Assembly: GCF_006345805.1 (NCBI RefSeq)
Contig: NC_042998.1
Span: forward strand, 136,524,001-136,588,000
DNA from: Octopus sinensis
Taxonomy: Eukaryota
Reading direction: 5' to 3'
DNA: 64,000 nt
Of the stretch, positions 26,017 through 38,919 are shown one piece after another. The notes beneath the pieces were generated by a model. That model was given only the letters and a program-made list of their open reading frames with translations, did no database searches and was not told the origin of the DNA. Positions within the stretch are counted from its first letter, which is position 1. Every line of letters starts with the position of its first letter. The translations under genes and the position numbers were made by a program.

Positions 26017-26165
26017 ATGTTGAATACTCGACGTTCCAGATGGTTCATATAAGTGATGGCTAGTAGGCCCCAGAGACTAGATCCCATGGGGAGACCTGTT
26101 GTCTGTTTGTATATATGGTCCTGGAAAGAGAAGTAGGTGTTGTCCACAATTATGGACAAAAATTA
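26017..26165 (-). mobile_element. Penelope RT fragment
   Basis: NTYFSFQDHIYKQTTGLPMGSSLWGLLAITYMNHLE is a typical PLE RT motif. Confidence 0.75.
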
Positions 26166-26199
26166 CATGCGAGCGATACAATATTTTGCTTATTTTCAA

Positions 26200-27330
26200 A
26201 CAATTTGAACTTGAACAAGGTTTTTGGTTCACGGTGTCCGAAAATGACACCAATTTATTACTACCACATCAAAATTTGAAGATATTAGATACATAGAATT
26301 TCATTGTTTTTTCAATAAGTCATCATACGCCGTAGAAATTTGTGTTTCTTTGAAGCCAGAATGTTTCCTTAAAATTTTACTGAAGAACTGGTATAAATCT
26401 TAAAATTTCTAAAGACGAATTATATAATTGTTTATACCTAATTTCCTATGAATTTGCGCTTGCATGATTTTCTAGAGGGCTGAACCTTAGGAAGGTGCCA
26501 AGTTTCAGCAATAGTCCGCCATGATATGCAAGTCGCATCTGCCTTGATACCTTTGTTCCATTGATATATCCTGATGGAAACGTTCTCCCTACACATCACT
26601 TGTCTTACAAAGATTTTCAGGGAATTCATCAAGGAGTCTTTGGAACTTTATGCTCACATTTGCTCTCAACTTTTTACTCCAGCATGTTGTCGACTATCTC
26701 GGCATAATTGGCTGCTTTCTTATTGTGCAGAAAGGAATTTACGACTATTACAAATGAATTCCATGCTACTGCTTCAATACAATTCATTGAATTTACAAAG
26801 TACCCATCTTTCATAAATTTTCTGATTTGAGGCCCATCAAATAGTCCTGTTTTTATCTTTTTACTGCTTAAACCGGGAAATTTGCTGCAGATAATATGTA
26901 AGCAGGGTTCATTTTCATCCAGACCTTCAACAAACTATTTCATAATTCGAAATTTGATATAGAGTGAATGTAGCAAATATTTTTCCCGGTTGAACTAAAG
27001 GCTCTTCAACCACATTAAAAGACTCGGGAACTAATAATGTTCACTACATCTATTCTTTGATCACTTAATGTTTTTCTTTAGCTCTGCTGTTGCACACACG
27101 TAAAAAACATGGATATTTTGTGGTTCCACTTTGTTGCCCCAGGAGAAAATCGACCATATATCACTCACTAGTGGTTGCAGAGTTGGGGTATCTTGCAATC
27201 AAGATGCGATGGTAAAAAATGGATTCCATGTTTGGATTCGGCATATCAAAAAAGGCCTTCAAATCAGGTACAAACGTCTTGACAAAATACCTGTTGGGTT
27301 GTGTTACTTAAGGTCCATGACAACTTCTGA
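26200..27330 (-). mobile_element. Decayed DNA transposase of the FDGPQIR / GERFHQD family (usually classed as Sola)
   Basis: Manual minus-strand translation: KFPGLSSKKIKTGLFDGPQIRKFMKD...AWNSFVIVVNSFLHNKKAANY...FPENL..TSDV*GERFHQDISMEQRYQGRCD..MADYC. Superfamily assignment is from memory. Confidence 0.8.
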
Positions 27331-27670
27331 CAAGCGACACTAATGCACATTTTTACAAGAGACAACTGAGCAAAAATTATATATATGAGCTTGTGTAGCT
27401 GTGTGTATGTGTGTATGCGTGTTTTAAAGTGTTAGTTATTATTAATGAATATATAATTTATATATACATATATACATATATATGTTTGTGTGTCATTATT
27501 CAGTATATTTCAAGATTTCTTGCCAATATAGAAAGAATTGGTTTCTATCCTAGATCCAAGGTTCCTTCGTTGGAATTTCAACATCAAGAACGGTGTATTT
27601 TTTCTTGTATGTATGTATGTATGTATGTATGTATGTATGTATGTATGTATGTATGTATGTATGTATGTAT

Positions 27671-29243
27671 GCGTGAGCAGATTTGTATGTTTTATATATA
27701 TATTCTCATGCATAGAGTTACATATCTAGATATGCGCATATATATGTAAATGATAAACCTCTGGAAAGTTTTACAGATTCTTACAGTTCTAGTGATGGGT
27801 TGGATCTGTAGTCTTCGAATTAGCTTTCTCCTTTCTTGTTTTGAGAAGCCTAACTTCTCAAGATTGGTATTTAGGCAGTTTGTTATATATCCCAGGGCCC
27901 CAATAATTACAGGTATAAACCCAAACTTGTAATCTGGATAGAGCAACTGTAAATTTGTCAATAGTTCAGCATAGGTGTTCTCTTTTTCACTGATCCTCAG
28001 TTTTATGTTAGCATCCGTTGGGTAGCTAATTTCTACATCTGTGCACAGTTTCTTTTCTCTATCCCAAATCATTATATCAGGTCTGTTGTGCTTACATTTT
28101 ACTGAGGTCTTCACTGGTACATTCCATCAGTATTCCTTTTCATTATGAGTGGCTATGGCTTCTACCATATTGTGGGTTTTTATTTCTTTGTCCTCGGGAT
28201 TATCCTTCCGATGGATTTCATTATAGAGTGTCCTAGCTACAATGTCATGTATAATCGTTAGATAATATCGTGATGACATTTTCAGACAACTGCTTATGAT
28301 GTGGGTGATATCTTCAGTGTGAACTCCACAAAGTCTGCATAGGTTGTTATATTTTACGGCTTTTCCCGTTCCTCTATCCTTTTTGTGCATTAGGTACTTG
28401 GTTGATATTTTCTGTTCCTGGATTGCAAACGCATACCCTTCAAAGTGGTAGGTAATAATCCGGTTATTCGTCCATGATAAACTGCTTTGATGATTCGATG
28501 TTACTATCATCAGGGAGCTTTCTACTTACATATCCATGAATAGTCGTCTCTTCATATAGGCTCATCCTTTCATCTGATGATATATTGCAGTAGAATTATG
28601 CGACTTCTTTGGCATGTATTCTAGGTTATAAGACAAAGTGTGTTGCTCAAGGAGCTGCCTTCCAAGTCTTATGATGTTATCAGCCACATGTATTCAAACC
28701 TGGTCAAGGGATGCGCTTCGACACTTTGTGCTTAAAAGATGCTGCCGAAGGGATATGATGCGACATTCAAAGGCATTTTGGACCGATGTTAAGCTTCTCC
28801 CGTCTTGTTTTCGTATTAGGTAGTGGCGGTCCACATCACTGTCTATGTGGAAATCATGTGTACTTGTTATTACTTTTCGGGTTTTCACATGAATGGCTCG
28901 GATCTCATCAAGCGTTCAATCATGCAGCCCAAGTGTTGGTATGAGAATTGGCACTGCAAACACATTGTGGGCCACTGTTTCATTGAATGCAGAGAGTTCT
29001 GAGGGCGTAATATTCTTTAGTTATACGTGTTTTGTTACAGGTGGTACTGTAAGATATATTTTCACCCACCCCTAGATATCTGTAACATTTCTCCTCAGAT
29101 ACAGGGGAAACAGACAAATCATTGACAGAGATGCCACTAGTCTGGTTTATAGTTTTCCCCTTTTTCACAACCATATAACATTTATCCTGACCAAACTCCA
29201 ACCCTACATCCTTTGATAATGTTGTAACTAGTTCAAGGCTTTT
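27671..29243 (-). mobile_element. R4/Dong-like LINE, 5'-truncated, copy B
   Basis: GLEFGQDKC and YRYLGV (RT end), CRLCGVHTEDITHIISSC (CCHC), HNRPDIMIWD...EISYP...IPVIIGALG (REL); flanked by (TACA)n on both sides. Confidence 0.88.
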
Positions 29244-29631
29244 TGTATGTATGTATGTATGTATGTATGTATGTATGTATGTATGTAGTATGTATGTATG
29301 TATGTGTGTATGTGTGTGTGCGTGTGTGTGTGCTACTGGCTTGAGTGTTGCACTCACAATCGTTAGACCGAATGGTGTCTTGGATTCTTGAGCAAAATAC
29401 GTTGCTTACGATCATTTAGACATCTGATGTGTAGTACACTGCACCCATTGAATCAACGTTGATTTGACGGAGGGAGTGAACTAATGCATAGCAAAAATAT
29501 TTCATCGCAATAAACAAATCATTTGCACAGGTTGATCAGCAAGAAATTGCAGAACCCTCCTTCTCGGACTACGAGAGACTACAATCATACATACATACAT
29601 ACATACATACATACATACATACATACATACA

Positions 29632-29667
<36 letters not shown>

Positions 29668-29998
29668 TATATAATTTATATTTACTTGTTCCCAACTTTC
29701 ACTCTCCATAAAACCAAAATTATATTTTGGAATTTATGGGAGCAACTGTCTTCGAAGACTCATATTGTCGTTGAATGCGCTAAATAAGGAGTAAATAGAC
29801 AGTCGACAACTGATGAAGGATCGTTCTCTGTTACATATTCTGTTTTCCATTTTTTCTCTCGTATTTAACTCGTTTGTTTTCGTATTTCTTGTTGTTTACA
29901 CAATTGGTGATGTCCTGTACCTATATATGCATATACATACATACATACATACATACATACATACATACATCCATACATACATACATACATATACATAT

Positions 29999-30079
<81 letters not shown>

Positions 30080-30765
30080 CATGAACTCTCCCGCCGTTAG
30101 GCGACATATGAAGGTTCTTCAATTTCTTGCTGAACAACCGCACAGTTGATTTGTTTAGAATGATCAAATATTTGTGTTCGTACAAGCTCACTCCACCAAA
30201 TCGACATTACCTGTATGTATATATATATATATATATATATCTATATATATATATATATATATATTATGTATGTATAAATTTACATTAAAGATAATAAGGG
30301 TGAAATGAAAATTTAAAATTCACTGCAGAGAATTATTTTCTGCAGAATTATTTCCGGTATTTTAGCGCGCCAAAATGAAGACTTTTGAAAGATAACCCTA
30401 AGTGTAATTGGTAGAACTATATACATGTTCAATCTCAGGCGGACGTCCCGTGTATAGTTCTGCAAATTATATTTGAAATGACGATCATACTGAAGAGCTG
30501 CAAACAATTACGTAAGTATTAATAGCGAAATTAGTTTATGATTAATCTATATTTTGTTTCTTTTCATGTCTTGCTCGCTTACGTTCTGGCGTTTGCTAAA
30601 TTTTTCTTGGGAACATTCCTTTCTTAGTGGTAAGACCATAGAGGATCTACTTCCACCATAATGGATGTCCACGTTGTGGTCATCCCTCTTATATGTATGA
30701 TATATATATATATATATATACACACGTATATATTAGTTGTATGTTCGTATCACATTCAGTAAAGT

Positions 30766-30937
30766 ATGGAAGAATTAAGTAACCTTCGTCTCCAAAGCAA
30801 CGAAGTTGGCTTCTATAAAACAATGGAAGGAATTGGAGCAAGTGATAACAGCGCCATTATGGACTGGAAAACATGCTACAGGGCAAACATAAAATACATT
30901 ACTTATGACATGGATACTCCTCATTTTAGATTGAAAT
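30766..30937 (+). CDS. Candidate coding exon of an unknown small gene
   Basis: Acceptor CACATTCAG| at 30759, ATG 30766, donor AAAT|GTGAGA at 30938. Non-repetitive 57-aa frame MEELSNLRLQSNEVGFYKTMEGIGASDN...; upstream strong donor |GTAAGT at 30512. Confidence 0.3.
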
Positions 30938-31093
30938 GTGAGATCTCTTTACCCATTTTGGCGCTCCCCTTAGATCTGGTTCTACGAAAGCCATGCAGCT
31001 GGTCGTGAAAGGGAGAGATAGATAGATAGATAGCCAGATATATATATATATAGTCTATATATATATATATATATATAATATATATATAGAGAG

Positions 31094-31141
<48 letters not shown>

Positions 31142-31160
31142 TAGAGAAGGAAAAGAGAGA

Positions 31161-31202
<42 letters not shown>

Positions 31203-31903
31203 GAGAGCTGAGAGAGAAATTCATAGTATTTGGTATTGAAGAAAGTCATAGCTAATCTAATACTTTTAAGATACTGGAAATAAGTGCAACAGATCGATAA
31301 CACAGTGTAACAAAATCTTTACTGTTTTTGTATGTCTTTGGTCAGTAAGTGTTATTTCCTAATTGTTTCTATCTAGAAATAAAAGGAAATGACTTCTATT
31401 CCCTTCAAACTTTGCCTTTGTGACCTGCACATCGATGTTTTGAAACTGACCTATTTTCTGTTATATTTCAGAGAGAAATATATTTTATATTTCAGCGCTG
31501 AGTTGCTGAAGTAGAAATATCCTTTTTTACTATAGGCACAATGCTCGAAATTTTGGGGGAGGGGGCCAGTGGATTAGATCGACCCCAGTACGCAACTAGT
31601 ACTTAATTTATCGACCCCGAAACGATGAAAGGCAAAATCGACCTCGGCGGAATTTGAAGAAGTAGAAAAATTGTTATAGCAAATGTTCTGCTCAATATCA
31701 TAGATTTGCTTCCTTAGCTGGTTTAATCGAACGAATCGTACAGTACTAACTTTTTAAAGCCTAATACTCATTCTATCGGTATCTTTGCCAAACCGCAAAG
31801 TTACGGGGACGTAAACAAACCAGTATCGGTGAGGGACAATCAAGAATACAAACACACACACACATATATGTATATGTATATGTATATATATATATAATAT
31901 ATA

Positions 31904-31943
<40 letters not shown>

Positions 31944-32668
31944 GAAGACGCCCAAGATGGCACGTAGTAGGAAGAATTGTAGGGGAGTATCACAGCCATG
32001 TGTTGAGAAGCAGTCTTTTTGTAGTTTGAATAGATGTAACAAAAATAAAGTTTGAAGAAACTATCGGTCATTTTTCATACTTTCTAGCGGTAAGCAAATA
32101 GAAAATAACAGTTGCTACCCAAGGACAGTGTAGTTGGCAATGGGACACTGCAAGGTGTTTACATGGTGATAATTGTTGGAGACTGACCACTCTCACCGAG
32201 GATCTCGATAAAAACTCATCCAGGAATTGTTGTGTGGTTAAGAAGCTCGCTTTGCAACCACATGTTCTCGAGTTCGGTTTCAGTGTGCGACACCTTGGGC
32301 AAGTGTTTTCTACTATATCCCCGTACTAACCAATTCCTTTCGAGTGAATTTGGTAGACGGGTCTGTGTGGATGTTCGTGGTATATGTTTTTTTTTGTTCT
32401 CATTTTGTTCAGTCATTTGATTGCGTCCATGCTGGGGCACCGCCTCAGCTAGTTTAGTCGAAGGAATGGACTATAGTACTTACTTTTTTAAAGCCTAATA
32501 CTTATTCTATCGATATCTTTGGCCGAACCGCAAAGTTATGAGGACGTAAACAAACCAGCATCAGTAGGGACAAGCAGGCATACACACACACACACTTATA
32601 TGGTTTGCCCGGGAATATATAGTAGTAAACACCCAAAATGGCACGTAGCAGGACTGAACCCAAAATGT

Positions 32669-32707
<39 letters not shown>

Positions 32708-33144
32708 CTTTGTGTGTGTGTGTGTGTATGCATGTGTGCGGATAAGCGTAGTCGCGTGTGTGTCTTTCTGTAGGATCTTAAAGCACATACCATATTTTTA
32801 TTAATTGTTTTCGTGCCGGTGTTTTTGCGGGTTGGCGCAGGCGTTCTCTCGCCCTTCACATCCATCGGCCCAGACGAACATTAAAGTTGTGACTGTTGGA
32901 AGGAGAGAGAACTGCACCCGCTTCTAGGCTGGTACTAATTTTCAGTTAAGTAAACTGGAGAAATGTGAAATGATACACCTTGCTCGAGGACATAACACAT
33001 CATCCGATCCAAGAATCAGACCTACGACCTTATATGTTCATCAGTCCAACGTTTTAACCACCCGGCCATATTTATATATAACATAGTGTTTAGTTTGATG
33101 AAAGCACTTTTGAGCTACTTATCGCCTTCTGTTTCTTTTTTCAG

Positions 33145-33173
33145 GTGTAAGATTTGGAGGCAGATGTAACTAA
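33145..33173 (+). CDS. Candidate terminal exon of the same small gene
   Basis: Strong acceptor TTCTGTTTCTTTTTTCAG|, phase-compatible, (C)VRFGGRCN*. Confidence 0.2.
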
Positions 33174-33605
33174 TTTGCTTGTTTATTCAATTTTGTAATT
33201 GTCCATTGAGACGCTGTTAACTCTCATGCTGTGATCACCTAATATTTTTGTTTTTGTTATTCCTTTCCTTATTCCGTTCTTCTATTCATGCATTGGCATA
33301 TTTCCTGTATGTGTGGCTGCTGTCATTTAATTTTTCGCGCTTCCTCGTGTTTGGGATACTCTTATCTGCTTTCCATTACGTTTAACTACTATTGGACTAT
33401 TTTACGTTTATGGTGATATTTCGCTCTACCCTCTTAGTATTTTGATAGAGATAACAACTTACTCTAAGTGTATAAGTATGCGCACATGAGTCTCTCTCTC
33501 CCCCTCTTCATCACGCATTCTCTCACTCACTCACTCACTCACTCTGTCTGTCTGTCTGTCTGCCTGTCTGTCTGCCCACTCGCCTGCCTGTTTGCGCGCA
33601 TGCGT

Positions 33606-33644
<39 letters not shown>

Positions 33645-33939
33645 AGAGAAAGAGTATATGTGTGTATGTGTGTGGGTTAGTTAGTAATTTATGTTAATCC
33701 TTTAACCTTTTTCAGAATTCTGGATGGCGAAGTTGATTGTGCACGTACGAAATGACTATCGCTAATTAGTCGAGTCTTTTTACTTTTATGGTTCAAGTCT
33801 CACTGGTTTTTGAATTAGTCCTCCTTTCTTCTGTATGGTTCATAAAATAAAGTACTGGTCAAATACTGACTTTAATATATAATCGACAGTTTCTCTTTTC
33901 CTAAACTTGTACCCTTGCGTCCCTCTGAGAAATAGGTGA

Positions 33940-34157
33940 AGTGGTAGAATCATTAGAGCGTTGCGGCGCAGGACAAAATGCTTCGCGACATTTCTTCCGG
34001 TTTTACATTCTGAGTTCAAATTTCGCCGAGGTCGAGTTTACCTTTAATCCTTTCACGACCGATAAAACAAATACTCTTGCAACACTGGGGGTCGATGTAA
34101 TCGCCTATTGCCCTCCCCAAATTTCAGCATTTTGTAGAAACGATTATTATTATTACT

Positions 34158-34191
<34 letters not shown>

Positions 34192-34620
34192 AGACGGCGA
34201 GCTGGCAGAAACGTTAGCACGCCGGGCGAAATGCGTAGCCGTATTTCGTCTGCCGTTACGTTCTGAGTTCAAATTCCGCCGAGGTCGACTTTGCCTTTCA
34301 TCATTTCGGGGTCGACTAAATAAGTACCAGTTACACACTGGGGTCGATATAATCGACTTAATCCATCTGTCTGTCTTTGTTTGCCCTCTCTGTGTTTAGC
34401 CCCTTGTGGGTAGTAAAGAAATAGGTATTTCGTCTGCCGTTACGTTCTGAGTTCAAATTCCGCCGAGGTCGAGTTTGCCTTTCATCCTTTCGGGATCGAT
34501 ATATTAAGTACCTGTGAAACACTGGGGTCGATGCAATCGGCTAGCACCCTCCCACCAAAATTTAAGGCCTTGTGCCTCAAGTAGAAAGGATTAAAAAGGC
34601 ATGCACATACAGTAGAAAAG

Positions 34621-34661
<41 letters not shown>

Positions 34662-34860
34662 GGTGAACTAGCAGAATCGTTAGCACGCCGGAAAAATTTT
34701 TTTAGCGACATTTAGATCGTCTTCACGTTTGGGTTCAAATTTTGCGGAAGTCGACTTTACTTGTCATTCTTTCGGGGTCGATAAAATAGGTATCATTTAT
34801 GTAATCGACTTGCCACGCCCCCACCCCAGTTTCAGTCGTTTTGCCTACAGGAAATAGGAT
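33940..34860 (+). mobile_element. Cluster of tRNA-derived SINEs (GGCGAGCTGGCAGAA... family)
   Basis: Four full or partial copies sharing TTCTGAGTTCAAATTCCGCCGAGGTCGAC...CTTTCGGGGTCGA. Other copies at 31540-31660(-), 35680-36100, 42512-42740, 50522-50740 and 58705-58890. Confidence 0.9.
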
Positions 34861-35679
34861 TATTACAAATACAGTAATTATTAACAGAATAATAAAGAAA
34901 TTATCATCATCATCATCATCACAATCATATTAATTTGATACTAACTTCTCACGCATTCTTATACTCAAGGGGAAACCATAAGCATGATAAATAATCATTT
35001 GTTCTTTTCTGGACAAAATTTTCATGCGTATTAAAGAAAACTGTGTCATAAGATGTAGCAGCGAACGAGACACAAGATAATGTAGTTTTAAATGCACCCA
35101 AAACAAGATGGTCAAGTCTAGAGGGCTTTTTATCATAGGTCATCATCATCATCGTCATCGTCGTCGTCGTCATTATCATCATCATCATCACCTTTAAATA
35201 TTTTGGTAGTTTGTTGGAATTCTAAGTTAATAATTTTACTTAGCATAAATACTAGTCATGCTGTTTTTGTCTCTTGTCGAAACAAATACGGTATTGCTCC
35301 CAACCCTTCCAGTTTACACAAATTTTAGGCGCCATGAAAATGTGAAACCGGTGAATTAAATGTAAATAAATATTTGATAGACTTTTAGGTGCATTTTCAA
35401 CCTTTTTTCTGTTTATACACTTCTAATCGTGTGATGAAATAATTATTTTCTTTTTCTCTTTCTTCTTCTCTGTCTGTATAAGCATGTAGATGTGGGTGTA
35501 AATATATTTATCTTAAGATTCTATATGTAATATGATATACACCAAATGCAAAATTAGGCAAGCGTATAATACCTGATATTTTACTGCAAAGTTTTTTTTC
35601 ACTTTACCTTTTATTATATGAAAATAAACTCAAATAGTCACAATAATGAAAAACTAGTTTTAATGTCTATTAACCATTT

Positions 35680-36100
35680 AAGGCGGCGAGCTGGCAGAAA
35701 TGTTAACACGCCGAGCGGAATGCTAAGCGGTGTTTCGTCTGCCGCTACGTTCTGAGTTCAAATTCCGCCGAGGTCGACTTTGCCTTTCATCCTTTCGGGG
35801 TCGATAAATTAAGTACAAGTTACGCACTGGGGTCGATATAATCGACTTAATCCGTTTGTCTGTCCTTGTTTGTTCCCTCTGTGTTTAGCCCCTTATAGGC
35901 AGTAGAGTAATAAGAATCGTTAGCATGCCCGGCAAAATGCTTAGCGGCATTTCGTCCGTCTTAACATTCTGGGTTCAAATTCCAGCGATGCTGATTTTGC
36001 CTTTCATCCCTTTCGGAATCGATAAAATAAGTAGCAGTTGAGTACTGGGGCCAATCTAATAGACTTAATTGCTGGCCTTGTGCCAAAATTTGAAACCAAT
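35680..36100 (+). mobile_element. Two tandem tRNA-derived SINE copies
   Basis: Same family as 34196-34600. Confidence 0.88.
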
Positions 36101-36525
36101 ATCTATTAACTATAAGGTGTGAGCTGGCATCATCCTTATCGCGTAGGTACGAATGCTTGTATATATATAGTTCAAGTTTACAGAAAACAAAAGACGAAGA
36201 AAGGTGAAGGAACAATAAACAGGTGTATTGGCTTAACGCTCAGGAAGAACGGAAAAGGCTTTGACGTTTCGAGCTCACGCTCTTCGACAAAAAAGATTGA
36301 AAGAAAACGTGATAAACTAGTCTATAAATTAAAACTGACCCCATAAAAAGAAAAAGTCAGTGACAGGCAGAGTCTGTAATAATGTATATCTTGAAAATTC
36401 CGTAACTTCTAAACTGGAGTGAGACAGCATGTTCTTTGTCTATCTCCTTAACTTCCTGGAGATCTTAGGTATAATTATATTAATGTGTCCATCTATTCCA
36501 ATTTAATTAAATTCTATGTCTTTGC

Positions 36526-36610
36526 GCAGCTGAAGATTGCTCTGCATTTTAAATTGATGTAATGATTGCATTGTTCAATTAAATGGAGTTGCATGAAACG
36601 ATCGTACTGC
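36526..36610 (+). ncRNA. Type I hammerhead ribozyme-like motif
   Basis: GCAG CTGAAGA TTGC-[50 nt, self-pairing]-GCAT GAAAC GATC GTA CTGC: intact core, helix I GCAG/CTGC, palindromic helix III; first helix II pair is U-U. Confidence 0.7.
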
Positions 36611-36762
36611 ATTACCTCTGGATATCCTTGTTGCTTATTTTGATTTTAATCACCCTACTTTGAAATTGTATGGATAATACCGTACTAAATTCTGGTGCCT
36701 CAACTTAAGTACCATATTCATCTGAATCTAAATTTTTGCTGAACTCATCTACCATACCGAAA

Positions 36763-36799
<37 letters not shown>

Positions 36800-36811
36800 G
36801 TGTGTGTGTGT

Positions 36812-36851
<40 letters not shown>

Positions 36852-37179
36852 ATAGTGACTGCGCTACCTTGAAATGTTTAGTCGAATAAATGACTCCAGT
36901 ACTCAATCTGAAGTCTGGTACTTATGCTATCGATCTCTTTTGCCAAAACTCTAGCTTACGGCGACGTAAACAAGCCAACAACGATTGTCAAGTAGTGGTG
37001 TGGCTGACAAACATAAACTCATATGCATACATACATAGATACATAGATACAAACATACATATATACATACATACGTGCATGGATGCATACATACAGATGC
37101 ACACACACACATACATGCATACATACATACATACATACATACATACATACACATACATACATACATACATACATACATA

Positions 37180-37548
37180 CGACTCCTTATGCAGAGTTTG
37201 ACCACCTCCTGTACCTACACCTTTGAATCATCATGGTATCTGATGTGGATTTTTAAACCAGACAATGTTTTGAAAAGACACCCACATAGATTGCATATCC
37301 GATTTGGGCCACAAAGAGCTGCAGGTAAGTTCTGATCTTTGTGGATCGTAAAATGTCTTTTGAGGCCTCCGTTAGATTTGCAGATCTTCTGGCGTACATT
37401 ACATTGAAAGGTGTGCACAGACATATAGGCACTGTAGTTGGTGAGGGTTCGTAAATGAGATTTGAGCCAAGCAAAAGAAAGAGATGGTCTGTCACAAAGT
37501 GTACACACAAAAAAGTCATTGTGATTCAGCTTCTCGATCATAGGTACA
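37180..37548 (-). mobile_element. 3' end of an RTE-like LINE encoding three C2H2-type zinc fingers
   Basis: CTLCDRPSLSFAWLKSHLRTL, CNVRQKICKSNGGLKRHFTIH, CNLCGCLFKTLSGLKIHIRYH, stop at 37215, short tail, both sides in (TACA)n; no upstream exon signal seen. Confidence 0.7.
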
Positions 37549-38873
37549 TGCGTAAATACATACATACGTACGTACGTACATACATACATACATAATAATA
37601 CAACATACATACATACATACATACATACATACATACATACATACATACATACATACATACATACTCATATTCTGTCCGCCAAATACATTTCCAAGATATT
37701 GGGTGTGTGGGTGTATGGGTGTGTGGGTGTGGAGGTAGGGGTGCGGACGTGTGGGGTAGTGATGTGGATGTAGGGGGTGGGATGTGTATGTGGGGAGGGA
37801 AGGAGATGGTATCAAGGAAGAGAGAAGGTGGGTAGGAGTAAAGAGAGGAAGTAGGTGTCACAAATATATACAAATATATATATATATCTAACTAGATGTT
37901 TTACGTTCTTGTCCGGTTTTTGTATTTTTATATATAAAAATATAGCGTCGTACGTACACTTTGGTCTCGTATATGTAAGTATATATATATATATCTAAAT
38001 TTTGTACGACTCTATTATTCTTTCTATTCTTTCATTCTTTCCTTCTTTCTATCATCCTTTTCACACTTACCTTGTTCATTCCACTCTTCGTTCTTTCGTT
38101 TCCCCTCTCTCACATTTCCTGGCCTTCCTCTTCATGTTCACTTTCCCTCCTCTTTCACTTCACTGTTTGCCTTTCAGTTTTTTCTCGCTCCTCATTAATT
38201 CTTCTATCCCTCTGCCTCTACTTCTCTCTCTTCTCTTCCCACGTGACCGATGTTCGGCCAAGCCTGACCTTTCTTTCTTGGTTCGACTACCATCCGTGCA
38301 ACATCTATATTCCTTCCTGTGTCTGTCAAATCATATGTTCCTGCCGTAAGGCTTTACTCCCGCACACGCCAGCTTAATTTAATTCGTCCTTAGTCAAAAG
38401 ACACCTGTTATTATGTCCTGTTATTTGTATTTGTGTAATATTTCCTTGTTTTTTTTTTCCGTCCTTGTTTTTGTATACAGTCGCTGCTTTATTCGAAGGA
38501 ATCTAATGCTCTTAGTTTAGTTTTTCCTAGGGGCTGGCCAGATTGGAACATTCTCGTGTATAACCAGCCGAAATTGCAAAGATAATCTGGAACTCGACTG
38601 AGAAAAGGAATCCGAATGACTCGTCCTTGTTTTCTTTGAATCGTCTATCTGAATGTTTTGCGTTCTTGTCCCATTTTATATATTTCATATATATATATAT
38701 ATATAATATATATATATATTATATATTTTCTGTGTCCTTCCACCACCGCTTATGTCTCTCTGAGACATTTAAAATTCAATATTTCTAATTCGGTGATCAG
38801 TAAATAAATTTTACTGAAAATATGATATATTTGCGAAGAGGTTGCAGTCATCTCAGCGAGCGAAACTGGCTAC

Positions 38874-38919
38874 CCTGAACTGACGACGAGCAATAGACTC
38901 AGAAACATATGCCTTCAGG
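38874..38919 (+). ncRNA. Minimal hammerhead ribozyme-like motif (probably mutated)
   Basis: CCTGAA CTGACGA CGAG caataga CTCA GAAAC ATAT GCC TTCAGG; 6-bp helix I, but the triplet is GCC rather than GTC. Confidence 0.6.

Noticed and set aside
29760-29840. Hammerhead at CTGATGAAGG
   Set aside because: No downstream GAAAC or closing helix II found.
30486-30518. Hammerhead at CTGAAGAGCTGCAAAC...GTA
   Set aside because: CAAA instead of GAAA, and no helix I; better read as a splice donor.
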